A stretch of DNA of 63,066 nucleotides, filler included, from Octopus bimaculoides (Eukaryota): NCBI RefSeq assembly GCF_001194135.2. It is 4 parts of 4 records of this genome, joined end to end, with 100 filler letters (N's around TTAATTAATTAA, not from the genome) between each part and the next. Parts side by side here need not be neighbours in the genome. Positions count along the whole stretch, not along the records: positions 19,996 to 50,135 come from NC_068981.1; positions 50,236 to 57,244 come from NC_068996.1; positions 57,345 to 63,066 come from NW_026327745.1; 1 more part is not named here. One strand, given 5' to 3'. A model generated the notes under the pieces. It saw nothing but the letters and a program-made list of their open reading frames with translations. It searched no databases and was not told where the DNA came from. Shown piece by piece: positions 47,750 through 59,398 of the stretch (its first letter is position 1; each line of letters starts with the position of its first letter). The translations under genes were made by a program, and so were the position numbers.

Positions 47750-47960
47750 CAAGGCACCCAGAACTTAATCAACACCAAACATAAACTTTCCGGTATTTTC
47801 TACATTAGTGAAACACGCCGTCACCTCGGTAATGACTTTTTCAGCGAAAACCTTCGCTGCGATAAATTACGCATTCCTGGCCAGCGTTCCATCACATTTG
47901 GTCACACATTCACATCTTATCGTCTGGCGCGTATGCTCACCACAAAACCTAACACTTCAG
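47750..47960 (+). mobile_element. Penelope-like element GIY-YIG endonuclease remnant
   Basis: GTQNLINTKHKLSGIFYISETRRHLGNDFFSENLR resembles the PLE motif NLIY.I.C..C...YIGETGR.L..RF.EH. Confidence 0.6.
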
Positions 47961-48396
47961 AAAACGAAAAGAACAGCACCCCACCACACACACACACACA
48001 CACACACGCACACTCGCACGTACATACACATGCAGGTACATACACACACACGAACATTCACACGCAGGTACATACACACACACTCATACACATACACACA
48101 CACNNNNNNNNNNNNNNNNNNNNNNNNNNNNNNNNNNNNNNNNNNNNNNNNNNNNNNNNNNNNNNNNNNNNNNNNNNNNNNNNNNNNNNNNNNNNNNNNN
48201 NNNNNNNNNNNNNNNNNNNNNNNNNNNNNNNNNNNNNNNNNNNNNNNNNNNNNNNNNNNNNNNNNNNNNNNNNNNNNNNNNNNNNNNNNNNNNNNNNNNN
48301 NNNNNNNNNNNNNNNNNNNNNNNNNNNNNNNNNNNNNNNNNNNNNNNNNNNNNNNNNNNNNNNNNNNNNNNNNNNNATATATATATATATATATAC

Positions 48397-48477
48397 TCTT
48401 TTACTCTTTTACTTGTTTCAGTCATTTGACTGCGGCTATGCTGGAGCACCGCCTTTAGTCGAGCAAATCGACCCCAA
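48397..48477 (-). mobile_element. SINE family B 3' tail fragment
   Basis: CTCTTTTACTTGTTTCAGTCATTTGACTGCGGC...CTTTAGTCGAGCAAATCGACCCC. Confidence 0.9.
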
Positions 48478-48833
48478 GTGTAAACAGAGTTAGTGGTTAT
48501 AATAACTGACTAAGGGATAAAATATCCATATGTACTATCGGTATGAGTTACCCGTATTATCTCCGGGCATTGGTGTGCAGGCACACTATGCACGTAGAGT
48601 GTAGGTAACAACAGGATAAACAAGAGTTTATCAGGAACCAGTGCAAATAATCAGTAAATGGAGAAAACCTCAGATTAACAAACACATTAATTGGACCACA
48701 TTTATAGCTTATTTTTTAATACAAAGCATGACATAACAAATAGGTAACGTAACAAATCTTACGGCCGTTTCCGCATCCGTTGCCAAATGCTATCTATAAA
48801 TAATTGCGAAAATAAAATTCTTCATCTTCATAG

Positions 48834-48992
48834 GACATTCGAACTAAGGCCCATCAGAGTAAAAAACAAGAGCATCCAATATAAACAAAGGGAAGAAGAA
48901 ATAGGAAAGAAAACATGGCTTAGAAAAGAAGTCAAGAAGCCTAATATATTAAAAGCATATAATCTACCATCTTGGGGTTACGAGGTCCGTAG
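48834..48992 (+). CDS. Candidate symmetric (phase 2-2) 159-nt exon, basic peptide, unknown product
   Basis: TTCTTCATCTTCATAG acceptor, AG|GTAATA donor, only one open frame (TFELRPIRVKNK...PSWGYEVR). Confidence 0.3.
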
Positions 48993-49534
48993 GTAATAGA
49001 GTGAACTAGTTATGGTCTAGAGAATACTAAAATTTATTTACGGGTAGTTTCAATTTAAGCACATCTAGTATACTGTGGGAACTTGTGAATTTATTCAAGA
49101 TTATAATTAACAAGCGATTTGGTCTTAAATATTAACCGCCTAATTGTAAGTGGTTTTATAACTGTGCATTGTAGTTTACCTATAAGATGGAATTTTTGTG
49201 GGTATCTATATACATGTAATTATTACCACAATTTGCTATATATGAGGTTTAGTCCAAATTCATTTTCTAGTAGCTTTTATAGAGAGTCGCTGTAATACTT
49301 GTACTAGTTGCCCCCCCCCCACACTTTAACTATAATCGGAGGCTATTTTCTCTTTTTTGACCGTTCCCTCATGTATTTTATATCGTTAAGCCGCAGAAGG
49401 ACGTAAGCGGCTCCGCACCACTTATATCATTGTCTTCTCCCCCCGGACCCTTTATTTTTTCTTATTTATTTTTATTGACATATCCATTGTAACGGTTTTA
49501 ACTTGTGACCTCTATTCAAATATAATTTGACCAT

Positions 49535-49576
49535 TTTCTGATTATATATATATGTACGTGTGTGTGTGTGTGTGTG

Positions 49577-49667
<91 letters not shown>

Positions 49668-49870
49668 GTGTGTGTATATGTATATATATATATATATGTA
49701 TGTATTATATATATCATGCATGTGTATATATATATATGCATTATACAAATACATACACACACACACATTCTCACACACGCGCGCACACACACACGTGCAC
49801 ACACACACACACGCGTGCACACACACACGCGCGCAGACACACACGCGCTCACACACACACGCACATGTAT
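49535..49870. repeat. Compound (TG)n/(CA)n/(TA)n microsatellite
   Basis: Direct reading. Confidence 0.95.
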
Positions 49871-50135
49871 AAATATATTTCTGTGAGATAAATTAATCTC
49901 AAGACGGATTATATGTAAATTCTGAATGGAAAAAAATATAAACGGGAAGAAATGACAGATGTGACATCTTAAAGACGTTCCTTGACATAGTTTAGTTGTC
50001 TGTGAGAGGTCAAGTGCTGTTTGTTCTTGTTTTAATATACTTAAGCATTAGCAAGTAATAAACCAACTCCACTTTTATGATAGCTTTATTAAAATGGAGG
50101 ATTTATCGGTTAATCTATTGATATGGAAAAGAATA

Positions 50136-50235
50136 NNNNNNNNNNNNNNNNNNNNNNNNNNNNNNNNNNNNNNNNNNNNTTAATTAATTAANNNNNNNNN
50201 NNNNNNNNNNNNNNNNNNNNNNNNNNNNNNNNNNN
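50136..50235. other. Artificial scaffold spacer: 44 N + TTAATTAATTAA + 44 N
   Basis: Same construct as 19896-19995. Confidence 0.9.
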
Positions 50236-50639
50236 ATATGTATAATTAGATTGTATAAATATTTTTCAAATTTACTTAGTTTTACTTTTTATTTTAATTT
50301 ACCTGTAAGGTGAGTGACAAGTTTTGATTTAATTTCTATTGTAAATCTTTATTATATATGTTCCTGTGTATTTATGTATGTGTGTGTATGAGTATATTTC
50401 ATTTAGTTGTATTCAATTTTCTAGTTTTCTTCAAAAACAAATTCCAGTATTTCAGTTTATTTACCTTTATGGTACACCTGTTCTTCTGTGCATTAAATTC
50501 AATTGATAATCTAGTGATGTGCACAATTCTTCTATATCAAAATTTTGTTGCATACCCTATTAAATATTAACTGATGACACATTTTCTATGGTAATGTTTA
50601 AACAAAATTTAAATATTTTTACATTTTGCTCAGTTTACC

Positions 50640-50862
50640 TGGATTTACCTGTAATTAGAGTCACTTTGAGACAAAAATTATGCAATAGAATTGATTAAGA
50701 ACCCTTTCTTCAATTATGTTTCAAATATCACATTAATATGTTGATAAATAAAAAAGTTACAGGTGTTTAATAAGACTAGTTTAAATTCATGATTATTTTA
50801 GAATTTAATTGAAACTCATCAGGGGTGTATTTTGGTCAGAAATATAGTAACGAAAGGGTTAA
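50640..50862 (-). mobile_element. piggyBac-like (TTAA/CCC) MITE, one clear end
   Basis: Ends TAGTAACGAAAGGG|TTAA; reverse complement resembles 51544-51640. Confidence 0.55.
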
Positions 50863-51300
50863 ACTAAAATTTTGTATACATACTTCAATTTTATTAAAAA
50901 ACAAAATTTATGTCTTTTCAAATAATTTTAATTCATCTGTAGAGTAAGAAAATCTGATCAATTAGTGAACTACTTCATTTCATACTATGTGGTGCACCCG
51001 TTTTATAAGCATTCAAATTCAACTAAAATTTCAATAACCTGTACAATTCTTCTGAGACACTACCCTACAATTGTTATAATAAATATAATTTTACATTTCA
51101 GTGAATTTGCACAAATCTTATACAAAAATTCAGCACTAGATTTATATAAAAATTATATATGCTGTTTGAAAGACCACATGTGCCAATAAAACAGTTTTCT
51201 GAAACCAGTTTATATTCAGTTTGGAAGTTAAAAACTCTTAGTTAGAATTAGGATAACAAAAGTCACCTGGTTGTTGGGAAGCTAAGTTGCAGTTACTTAC

Positions 51301-51447
51301 GCTTGTTTGAGATCTTACATTTTGTTGAGGCTGAAACATATTTTGTTGTGAACTGACGCCGGGAGCAGCAGCCACTCGAGCCTGCTGCGCAAATCCTTGT
51401 TTACTCATATCATTGGGGAGCGAGTGTTGATTCAGCTTCTGATAAAC
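51301..51447 (-). CDS. Candidate host-gene internal exon, 147 nt, phase 0-0, Q/S/A-rich (VYQKLNQHSLPNDMSKQGFAQQARVAAAPGVSSQQNMFQPQQNVRSQTS)
   Basis: TTTCATTTACTTTTCATAG acceptor, C|GTAAGT donor, length divisible by 3, only frame 0 open, GC-richer than flanks. Confidence 0.6.
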
Positions 51448-51543
51448 CTATGAAAAGTAAATGAAATTCATGCCTGAGTCTCTAAAAACAAATTAATTAA
51501 AATATGAAAACTTATTTGATAAAATTTAGTACTATGCAATTAG

Positions 51544-51767
51544 TTAAGCCTTTTGTTACCATATTTCTTGATATACACTGCCTTTGATTCAAGTAATTTC
51601 AGAAAATGGAGAATATAGTAAAATAATTGTTACTATTAAACAAGTGCTTGGAATAGAAATCAATATGAAATTTTAATGGTAGATTTTAAATTTAACCAAT
51701 TCAAAACTGGAAGTTTGTATCACAGAACTAGGGACAGTTTCAGGCAGGTTGGTATCAAAAGGGTTAG
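51544..51767 (+). mobile_element. piggyBac-like MITE (~225 bp)
   Basis: TTAA|GCCTTTTGTTACCA ... TGGTATCAAAAGGG|TTAG imperfect TIRs with TTAA-type target. Confidence 0.7.
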
Positions 51768-52559
51768 TCCAAAATTGTTTTAGTTTTCCTGAAATATAAA
51801 CTTTTCTTTCCTAACTTTATGGGAATCCATCTTTTATACACATAAATTCAATCAAATGCACATTTTCATTTTGCTGTATATCTAGCTGATTAGCTAAGGC
51901 ATTCTTTTGCCAAAAAGTTAAAATTCATGAAAACAAATGTTCTAAGGTTAAATCCAAAGATAACCCAAAAAAATTTTCTATGATCAATTTTTATAATTAA
52001 TCACTTTTTGAAATTAATAAAGTTTAAAAAAATTTCACAGAAAATATTTTAATTTTATTAGATACTGCTAATTTTTAGTAGAGCTGTTGTACTAGACTAC
52101 CTCTTCAGAACTATTTTTAACATTCCTTATGGCTTGTCCTACCTTTCAGTGTTGAAAATTGACACCACACATCTCGTCATTTGAACACAGAAGTCTAGCA
52201 TATCTAGCTGTACAGTTTTCCTGATTTCAAGGTACTTTTACAAATATTTATTGGTGATTGATACCAACTGCTTAATGCTGAATAATTGCATTTCTTTTCT
52301 GATTCATGAAACAGGCCTCTTTAAAAATAGAATTATTTATTACCATCCAATTGTATCTACTTACTTTTAATTCTTTGCACCTGTTATTTAGAAATTTTAA
52401 CTATCATTGAAAGTACTTTCCCTTGCTGTTCATTACAACAGTATGCTAGCTGTTACTCCATATTTGATGTTTTTATGCATTGCTTACATTTGTTAACTAT
52501 TTTATGTAAATTTTTATCTGAGGCTGATTGAATTGAATCATTTTTTTCACTGTTGTGTT

Positions 52560-53500
52560 GCTGATCACTAATCCAAGTTCGAGAAGTCCCTTTAGTTCTA
52601 TCAATATGCCACTGCCACCTCAATCTACATGCCAATGATATTTTATATACTTAATGCAAATACGGTTGAAAAACGCAAGAGCTGCCTGACTGATCAAAAT
52701 GTATTTTCAATTGATGAAAGTGAGACCATTGAAGAAAACTGTTAATGTAAATTATTGGCTCAGTTAAAAGTCCTCAGAAAATGTTCCTAATAGAATGTTT
52801 GCCATCCAAATCAGCTCTAACTGCCACAGTCATCGCTTGGCTCATTGAGGATTCACTAAGTAGTATGGTGGTTACAAAAGAAAATTTTCTATTATTGTCT
52901 GATGCTGCTCAGTATATGGCAGCTTCTGGGGAAGCATTACAAGTTATCTACCCTAAGCTCTTCCATGTAACCTGCTTCTCCCACCTGCTGCACAATTGTG
53001 CTCTAAAGATAATGGCTTTCTGTCCTGCAGTCGATTGTCTGATTGTCACCGTCAAGGCTGCTATTGTAAAAAAAACTGTCAAGAGCAATTTAAGACAATC
53101 GGGTACTCTACCTTAGCCAAGGTGGAGTAAGGTAGCTGGATGCCTGAAATTACTATGCCAAAAACCTTGTAGTTTTCAGAATGAAGGTATTTTAATGCAG
53201 AGAGCAAAAGAAGCTGTGCAAAATCCTGAGATCAGGACTAACCTCACTCAAATATTTTCAAATTATCTGCAGTTGACAGAGTTGACTTGGAAAGCTAAGT
53301 CAGTAGCTTTCACCATCTGCAATGCTTACAAAAGCCTTAAAGAACTGAAATTCAACAAAAGACCCATGTTGCACCACAAATTACATTGATTTTAGATTCA
53401 ATAAAAACCAAATCAATTCGATAATTCAACTAATGAACCCCAAACTTACACCTGCAGAATATACAGATCTGATGCAATACCAAGCAACATCATCAATACC
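52560..53500 (+). mobile_element. hAT-superfamily transposase remnant
   Basis: VFSIDESET (first Asp), LLLSDAAQYM, HVTCFSHLLHNC (CxxH), PRW, and ...YQATS near the C-terminal motif; multiple stops and frameshifts. Confidence 0.75.
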
Positions 53501-55159
53501 GAAGAAAAAAAAAATCCTTGCAAAAGAGGAATTTTTTGTCTACAAATATGAAAGCATTATATCATATTGTACTATAATAAATTTCCACATTTATTTTTTA
53601 AAACTTGCTTTGATAATTCTCAAATATCATAGGGTAAATAGAATTAACTCCCTAATGTTTGTGGATTTATTATTAATAAGGTTAAAATTTGTCAAGTATG
53701 AAAATATTTCCCATGTCAATAGCAACTTTGATAGCTTATGTATGTTAGAGATGATGATTGTATTCTATAACAATTAGTGAACTAGCATCTGGAAGAGGCA
53801 AAAGTCACACATACTTGAGATGCAAGGATATGTGCATGCACAATATGTAATTGACCAACATTAACTGGAAATGAACAGTGTCACAAGAATAAAAATTCAT
53901 TTGTGAGGACATTGTGTGGAATTCTCACTGGGAAGACAAAGGGCACCAGATTTTATATGCTAAATCTGTAATACAGAATACATGTCAAAGGTTGAACTTA
54001 GTCACTTCAGAGTGCTCTCTGTCTGCAAGCCTGGCAGATACCATCAATGATTGTACCTACTTTCAATATTATAGAGAAAGTATGATGAGCATTCGGTGTT
54101 AAGTTTTAATATAAAATGAAGTTCATTTCAGAGCTCAGTAAACTTTAAAAATGATTTTTATTTTTATTTCATTAGAGCATATAGCCATGATTTAGAATTG
54201 ATTATTTTTGTACATTCAACATTTTACATAATAGTACAAAACTGCAGTAAACTTTTATATAAGTCTGTATTTAATTGAAGAAAAGAAGCATTAACATTAC
54301 ACTGAAAACTTTATAGAAAATATAGTTATGTGAAGATTGTTTTGCAACTATGTGACTCCAAATTCAATCCCACTGTATTTTATCCAATATTTAGATCTCA
54401 TGTATTTAATTAAAAACAATCAAACAGAGGCTGTTTTAGGACACAAGGTAGGTATTAAAAGGATTTAAATACACAAAAATTATCATTTAGGTAAGCTTTC
54501 CCAAGTGAAGTCTCAGAGCAGAGAAAACAAGCTTTGTCTTTGCATGTATTTAGTGTAAACTGAAAATATTATCATTCAATAGGTGTGTGACTAGCCTAAG
54601 GAGCTTTTTAGGCTGTAGTAACTATTTAGATTTACACTCCTACAAGGGGAGCTTACAATGCAGCTTGCACCTCAGTTTTATATCCCATTTCTTCAGCAGT
54701 TTTATAAATGCCTTTTTCTGGCATTAAAAGTTGTGGATAGTATGAGAGAGAGGAGTCCCCTCCACAATGTATCAATTCTTACAGATGGATGCAATCTATG
54801 TTTGCAATCAGAGAACAATTTTGTAAGTAATTTGAAAATACTATCTTGGAGACACCTAATAGCTTCAACAATATGCAATCAATGACTTTTCAAGTCTTAC
54901 AAATAACGTACTTGAAGTTGAAGGAACAAGTGTCACCTAAAATATTACTAGACTTGGTTTTATTACCACAGTAATAAGCTAATCAAATTTCTTTTTCAAT
55001 GGCTAGCTCTGAGAGATAAATATTCATGTGAATGAAGAATTGTCTAATGAAAAGAGAGAGAGAGATTAAAATAAGAGGAGCTCCATATTTAGAATTCAAT
55101 GCCACACATCAAACGTTTTACAAGCACTTTTTCCATCTTGGCATGGGTTAGGTAAGAAT

Positions 55160-55895
55160 TCTTCTTAATTCTTTTTGCCCCTTGTGGAGCACAGGGCCTC
55201 AACAGTTATTTTCCACTTTTTGCGGTCGTTGGCATGTTTCTTGGCTGTTTCCCATGTCAGGCCGGTGGTCCTGAGCTCGTCCAAAATGCTCTGCTTCCAT
55301 GTCTGCTTCAGGCGTCCTCACTTCCTTTTTCCTTGTCACATTTGAGGGTTCTCTCTGCAGTCGTGTCACATTTGAGGGTTCTTTCTGCAGTGTGTCCCCG
55401 ATCCATCTCCATTTCCTTCGTCTAATCTGAACATGTATGGGCTCCTGGTTGGCCCTTTCCCACAGGTCGGTGTTTGGCACTGTCGAACTATTTTAACTGG
55501 CCGATCTGCTGGAGACATTTGTTGATGAAGGTCTGGATCTTCTTGTAGTTGCTGCAGGTGGCTCTTCATGTTTCAGAGCCATACAAAAAACACAGATTTT
55601 ACGTTTGAACTAAATAAGCAGAGTTTAGTTTGAATTGAGATGGCAAGTGGACTTCCATACCGGCCAAAGAATAGCTAAGGCTTGCCAAGCCTTCTTGCAG
55701 TAATGTCCTCGTCTGATCCACCTGATCTGCTGATCTTGCTGCCAAGATAGAAAAACTCACTAACATCCTCCACAGGTGCCCCCTCGATTGTGATTGGCTC
55801 TTCCTGTTTGTTGTTGATACGCAGCACTTTTGTCTTTTCCTGGCTGATCCTCAAGCCCACTCGCAGTGAAGTTTCTTTCAGGTGGTCTACCTCAT
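55160..55895 (-). mobile_element. RTE-clade LINE 3' end (RT C-half to 3' terminus)
   Basis: GLRISQEKTKVLRIN...VEDVSEFFYLGSKIS..GGSDEDI; NTDLWERANQEPI..QIRRRKWRWIG. Confidence 0.88.
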
Positions 55896-56409
55896 CTTAC
55901 CTGTTAGGTAAGAATACCGACATCATATTTGTGGGTTGATTACCTTTACCCTTCCTGATGCTAACATTGTCATTCAAGTTATCTACAATCATTCATGTCT
56001 ACACAACAATGCTGCCACATGTTTATACAAAACAGAGCTCCACTAATACAAAAGTCATACATGGTAGTGGGACTGAAATTGAAACCATGTGATTAGGAAG
56101 TGAACTTTCTAAACAAGCAACCATGCCTGCCATTAATATGCTTACCCGTGTGTATTTGTGTTTTCATGCACACATGGGTCAGATAACATTTATAGAGTAA
56201 AATTTTCTACAGCCAGATGCCCAACCTATTGTTTTCAAGTGAAGAATTATTTATCCTAAAGTAGTTCAGCAATAGAGACTGACAGACTTAAATAACATAG
56301 CTGGAGTCAATTTTCTTGACAAAGTCCTTCAAGGTGGTGCCCCAGCAAAACCACAGTCCAATGACAAACTAGTCAGAAGATCGTGTGCATGTGTGTGTAA
56401 TCACTTACG

Positions 56410-56935
56410 ATTATGAAAGAGTTCACTGTGGCAGGTATGCAGAAACAATAAGTACTAAGAACACTGGAAATGTTTTCTTGAATACTCAGGGAGATCCTTA
56501 GTGGACATTTTACCTAGGTGAACTAATTAGCAGTGAAGGAAGAGCTCTGAAAATCTAGTAGCTAGAATACAAAGCAGCTGGATAAGTTCAGGCAACGTTT
56601 ACCTTTGTTACTAATAAAAAGCCTCACTCTCAAGGTGAGAGGTAGATTGTATGATGCTTGTGTACAAACTAAAATGCTTACATTGTAGTCAAACATAAGC
56701 TGTGATTGCAAAGCCCATACAAACACTAGAAAGAAATGAAGCTAAAGCACAAATGTGTTGAGATAAGAATAGGTCATGTGATGCATCTGGACGAGGACAT
56801 CTGCAAAAAATGTGCTGATCACTAAATGCAAATGGTCCTTGGTGAAAAGGAAAATAAGAAAACTCGGGATAAAGTAGTGAAGTCTGATCTCAGATCATTT
56901 AGTTTCAAGGGTGGAAATGACAACCATCCTCAATA
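56410..56935 (+). mobile_element. Second, older RTE-type LINE remnant with internal deletion
   Basis: YLGELISSEG...LPLLLIKSLTLKVRGRLYDACV...LERNEA...GHVMHLDED...DKVVKSDLR. Confidence 0.7.
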
Positions 56936-56950
56936 TTTATATAACACCCA

Positions 56951-57006
<56 letters not shown>

Positions 57007-57070
57007 CTGCACAGTATACATCTACACACACAAAGCATACATCTCTCTCTACACACAGGATATATATGCC

Positions 57071-57152
57071 CATCCATCTCCCGACATATCTCTATATATG
57101 CATCCATCTCCCGACATATCTCTATATATGCATCCATCTCCCGACATATCTC
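57071..57152. repeat. 30-bp minisatellite (CATCCATCTCCCGACATATCTCTATATATG)x~2.7 with degenerate copies to 57240
   Basis: Units start 57071, 57101, 57131. Confidence 0.9.
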
Positions 57153-57244
57153 TCTCCCTATATATATATATATATATCTCCCTCTATCTCCAGACATATC
57201 TACATATATATATATATCTCTCCCTCCATATCTATATATATATA

Positions 57245-57344
57245 NNNNNNNNNNNNNNNNNNNNNNNNNNNNNNNNNNNNNNNNNNNNTTAATTAATTAA
57301 NNNNNNNNNNNNNNNNNNNNNNNNNNNNNNNNNNNNNNNNNNNN
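57245..57344. other. Artificial scaffold spacer: 44 N + TTAATTAATTAA + 44 N
   Basis: Same construct as 19896-19995. Confidence 0.9.
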
Positions 57345-57682
57345 GAGCGAGAGGTATGGTGGAACAGGCAATGGTGTTGAAGGTGGTGGTGCTGATGGTG
57401 GAGGTGGTGGTGGTGGTGTGAGAATGGTATAGAACAGCTGTATTAATTTCATGAGACTCTTATACTCCTCTCTCTCTCTCTCTCTCTCGCCTCCACTCTG
57501 TTTCTCTTCGTTCTTCCTTCGTATATACTTGGACGCACACACACACACACATATACACATACACATACACACACCCAACATCATCAACATCATCATCACA
57601 ACCATCATTATCGTTCTCATCAGAATCACCGTCATCGTCTTCAACATCAGCTGACAGAATTGTAAGACAATCGAAATATATA

Positions 57683-57872
57683 TCTTACGGCAAGTCCTCT
57701 TGTTCTTTACTTTCTGAGTTCAAATCCCACCCAGGCCAAATTTTCCATCCATTCTTTGGAGATGGACAGAATATATTCCTAGTCTAAATTACCAAGGTTA
57801 ATGATATCGATTATTTCCCCTTACCCTTGAAATCGTTGACCTTGTGCCTAAATGAAAAGCTAATATCATTAT
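57683..57872 (+). mobile_element. SINE family A, highly diverged
   Basis: TTCTGAGTTCAAATCCCACC...GACCTTGTGCCTAAA...ATCATTATTA. Confidence 0.55.
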
Positions 57873-57880
57873 TACAATCG

Positions 57881-58160
57881 GTTGCAGGGGCTAAAACCAA
57901 CGCTGACAAATCGGCTGGTTTGGGGCTGGGCTCCTGGGGAGGCAGGACGATGCCATCGGACGGCGTCGTCCACGCTGGACCGACGGACCAGTTAAACTGC
58001 TCGGGGTCCGGTTTGGTCCCGACCTCCAGATTGATAAGGACCAGGACGAGGTGGCGAACAGGGTGACCAGTCTTACTTACCCAGAAATGAGCTGAGACGA
58101 ATCTGTCCCTGAAAGGTCGGGCTGAGATGGTGAATGTCTACATGGACTCCGTTATTTATA
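57881..58160 (+). mobile_element. L1/Tx1-clade RT fragment, paralogous to 8282-8530
   Basis: GTTGCAGGGGCTAAAACCAACGCTGAC...CCAGTTAAACTGCTCGGGGTC...GTCCCTGAAAGGTCGGGC aligns with the reverse complement of 8282-8530. Confidence 0.85.
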
Positions 58161-58163
58161 TTA

Positions 58164-58245
<82 letters not shown>

Positions 58246-58253
58246 TAATATTA

Positions 58254-58285
<32 letters not shown>

Positions 58286-58990
58286 NNNNNNNNNNNNNNN
58301 NNNNNNNNNNNNNNNNNNNNNNNNNNNNNNNNNNNNNNNNNNNNNNNNNNNNNNNNNNNNNNNNNNNNNNNNNNNNNNNNNNNNNNNNNNNNNNNNNNNN
58401 NNNNNNNNNNNNNNNNNNNNNNNNNNNNNNNNNNNNNNNNNNNNNNNNNNNNNNNNNNNNNNNNNNNNNNNNNNNNNNNNNNNNNNNNNNNNNNNNNNNN
58501 NNNNNNNNNNNNNNNNNNNNNNNNNNNNNNNNNNNNNNNNNNNNNNNNNNNNNNNNNNNNNNNNNNNNNNNNNNNNNNNNNNNNNNNNNNNNNNNNNNNN
58601 NNNNNNNNNNNNNNNNNNNNNNNNNNNNNNNNNNNNNNNNNNNNNNNNNNNNNNNNNNNNNNNNNNNNNNNNNNNNNNNNNNNNNNNNNNNNNNNNNNNN
58701 NNNNNNNNNNNNNNNNNNNNNNNNNNNCATTATTATTATTATTATTATTATTGTTGTTGTTGTTGTTGTTATTATTATTGTTATTATTATTATTGTTGTC
58801 GGTGTTGTTGTTGTCATTATTATTATTATTATTATTATTATCATCATCATCATCATCATCATCATTATTATTATTATTATTATCATTATTATTATTATTA
58901 TCATTATTATTGTTGTTATTATTATTATTATCATCATCATCATCATCATCATTATTATTATTATTATTATTATCATTATTATTATTATTA

Positions 58991-59059
<69 letters not shown>

Positions 59060-59060
59060 T
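58160..59060. repeat. Long (ATT)n/(GTT)n/(ATC)n array with gap
   Basis: Direct reading. Confidence 0.95.
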
Positions 59061-59180
59061 GAACGGATCAATTGGTTGAATCTTGATCACGTCGAACAAA
59101 ATGGTTAGCGGCATCTCCTCCAGCTTTATGTGTGTGTTTGTATATGTTTTTCTACCTGTGTGTGTGTGAATGTAAATATG

Positions 59181-59237
<57 letters not shown>

Positions 59238-59338
59238 NNNNNNNNNNNNNNNNNNNNNNNNNNNNNNNNNNNNNNNNNNNNNNNNNNNNNNNNNNNNNNN
59301 NNNNNNNNNNNNNNNNNNNNNNNNNNNNNNNNNNNNNN

Positions 59339-59398
<60 letters not shown>

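Noticed and set aside
50295-50660. Recursive-splice-like TTACAG|GTAAAT motifs on the minus strand
   Set aside because: The same TTTACCTGTAA word occurs in AT-rich repeat-derived sequence (also 21445); better explained as a TE motif
52453-52635. Minus ORF LRWQWHIDRTKGTSRTW... as a host exon
   Set aside because: It overlaps, antisense, the apparent N-terminal part of the hAT remnant (NMPLPPQST...), has a weak acceptor, and its phases do not join the neighbouring candidates
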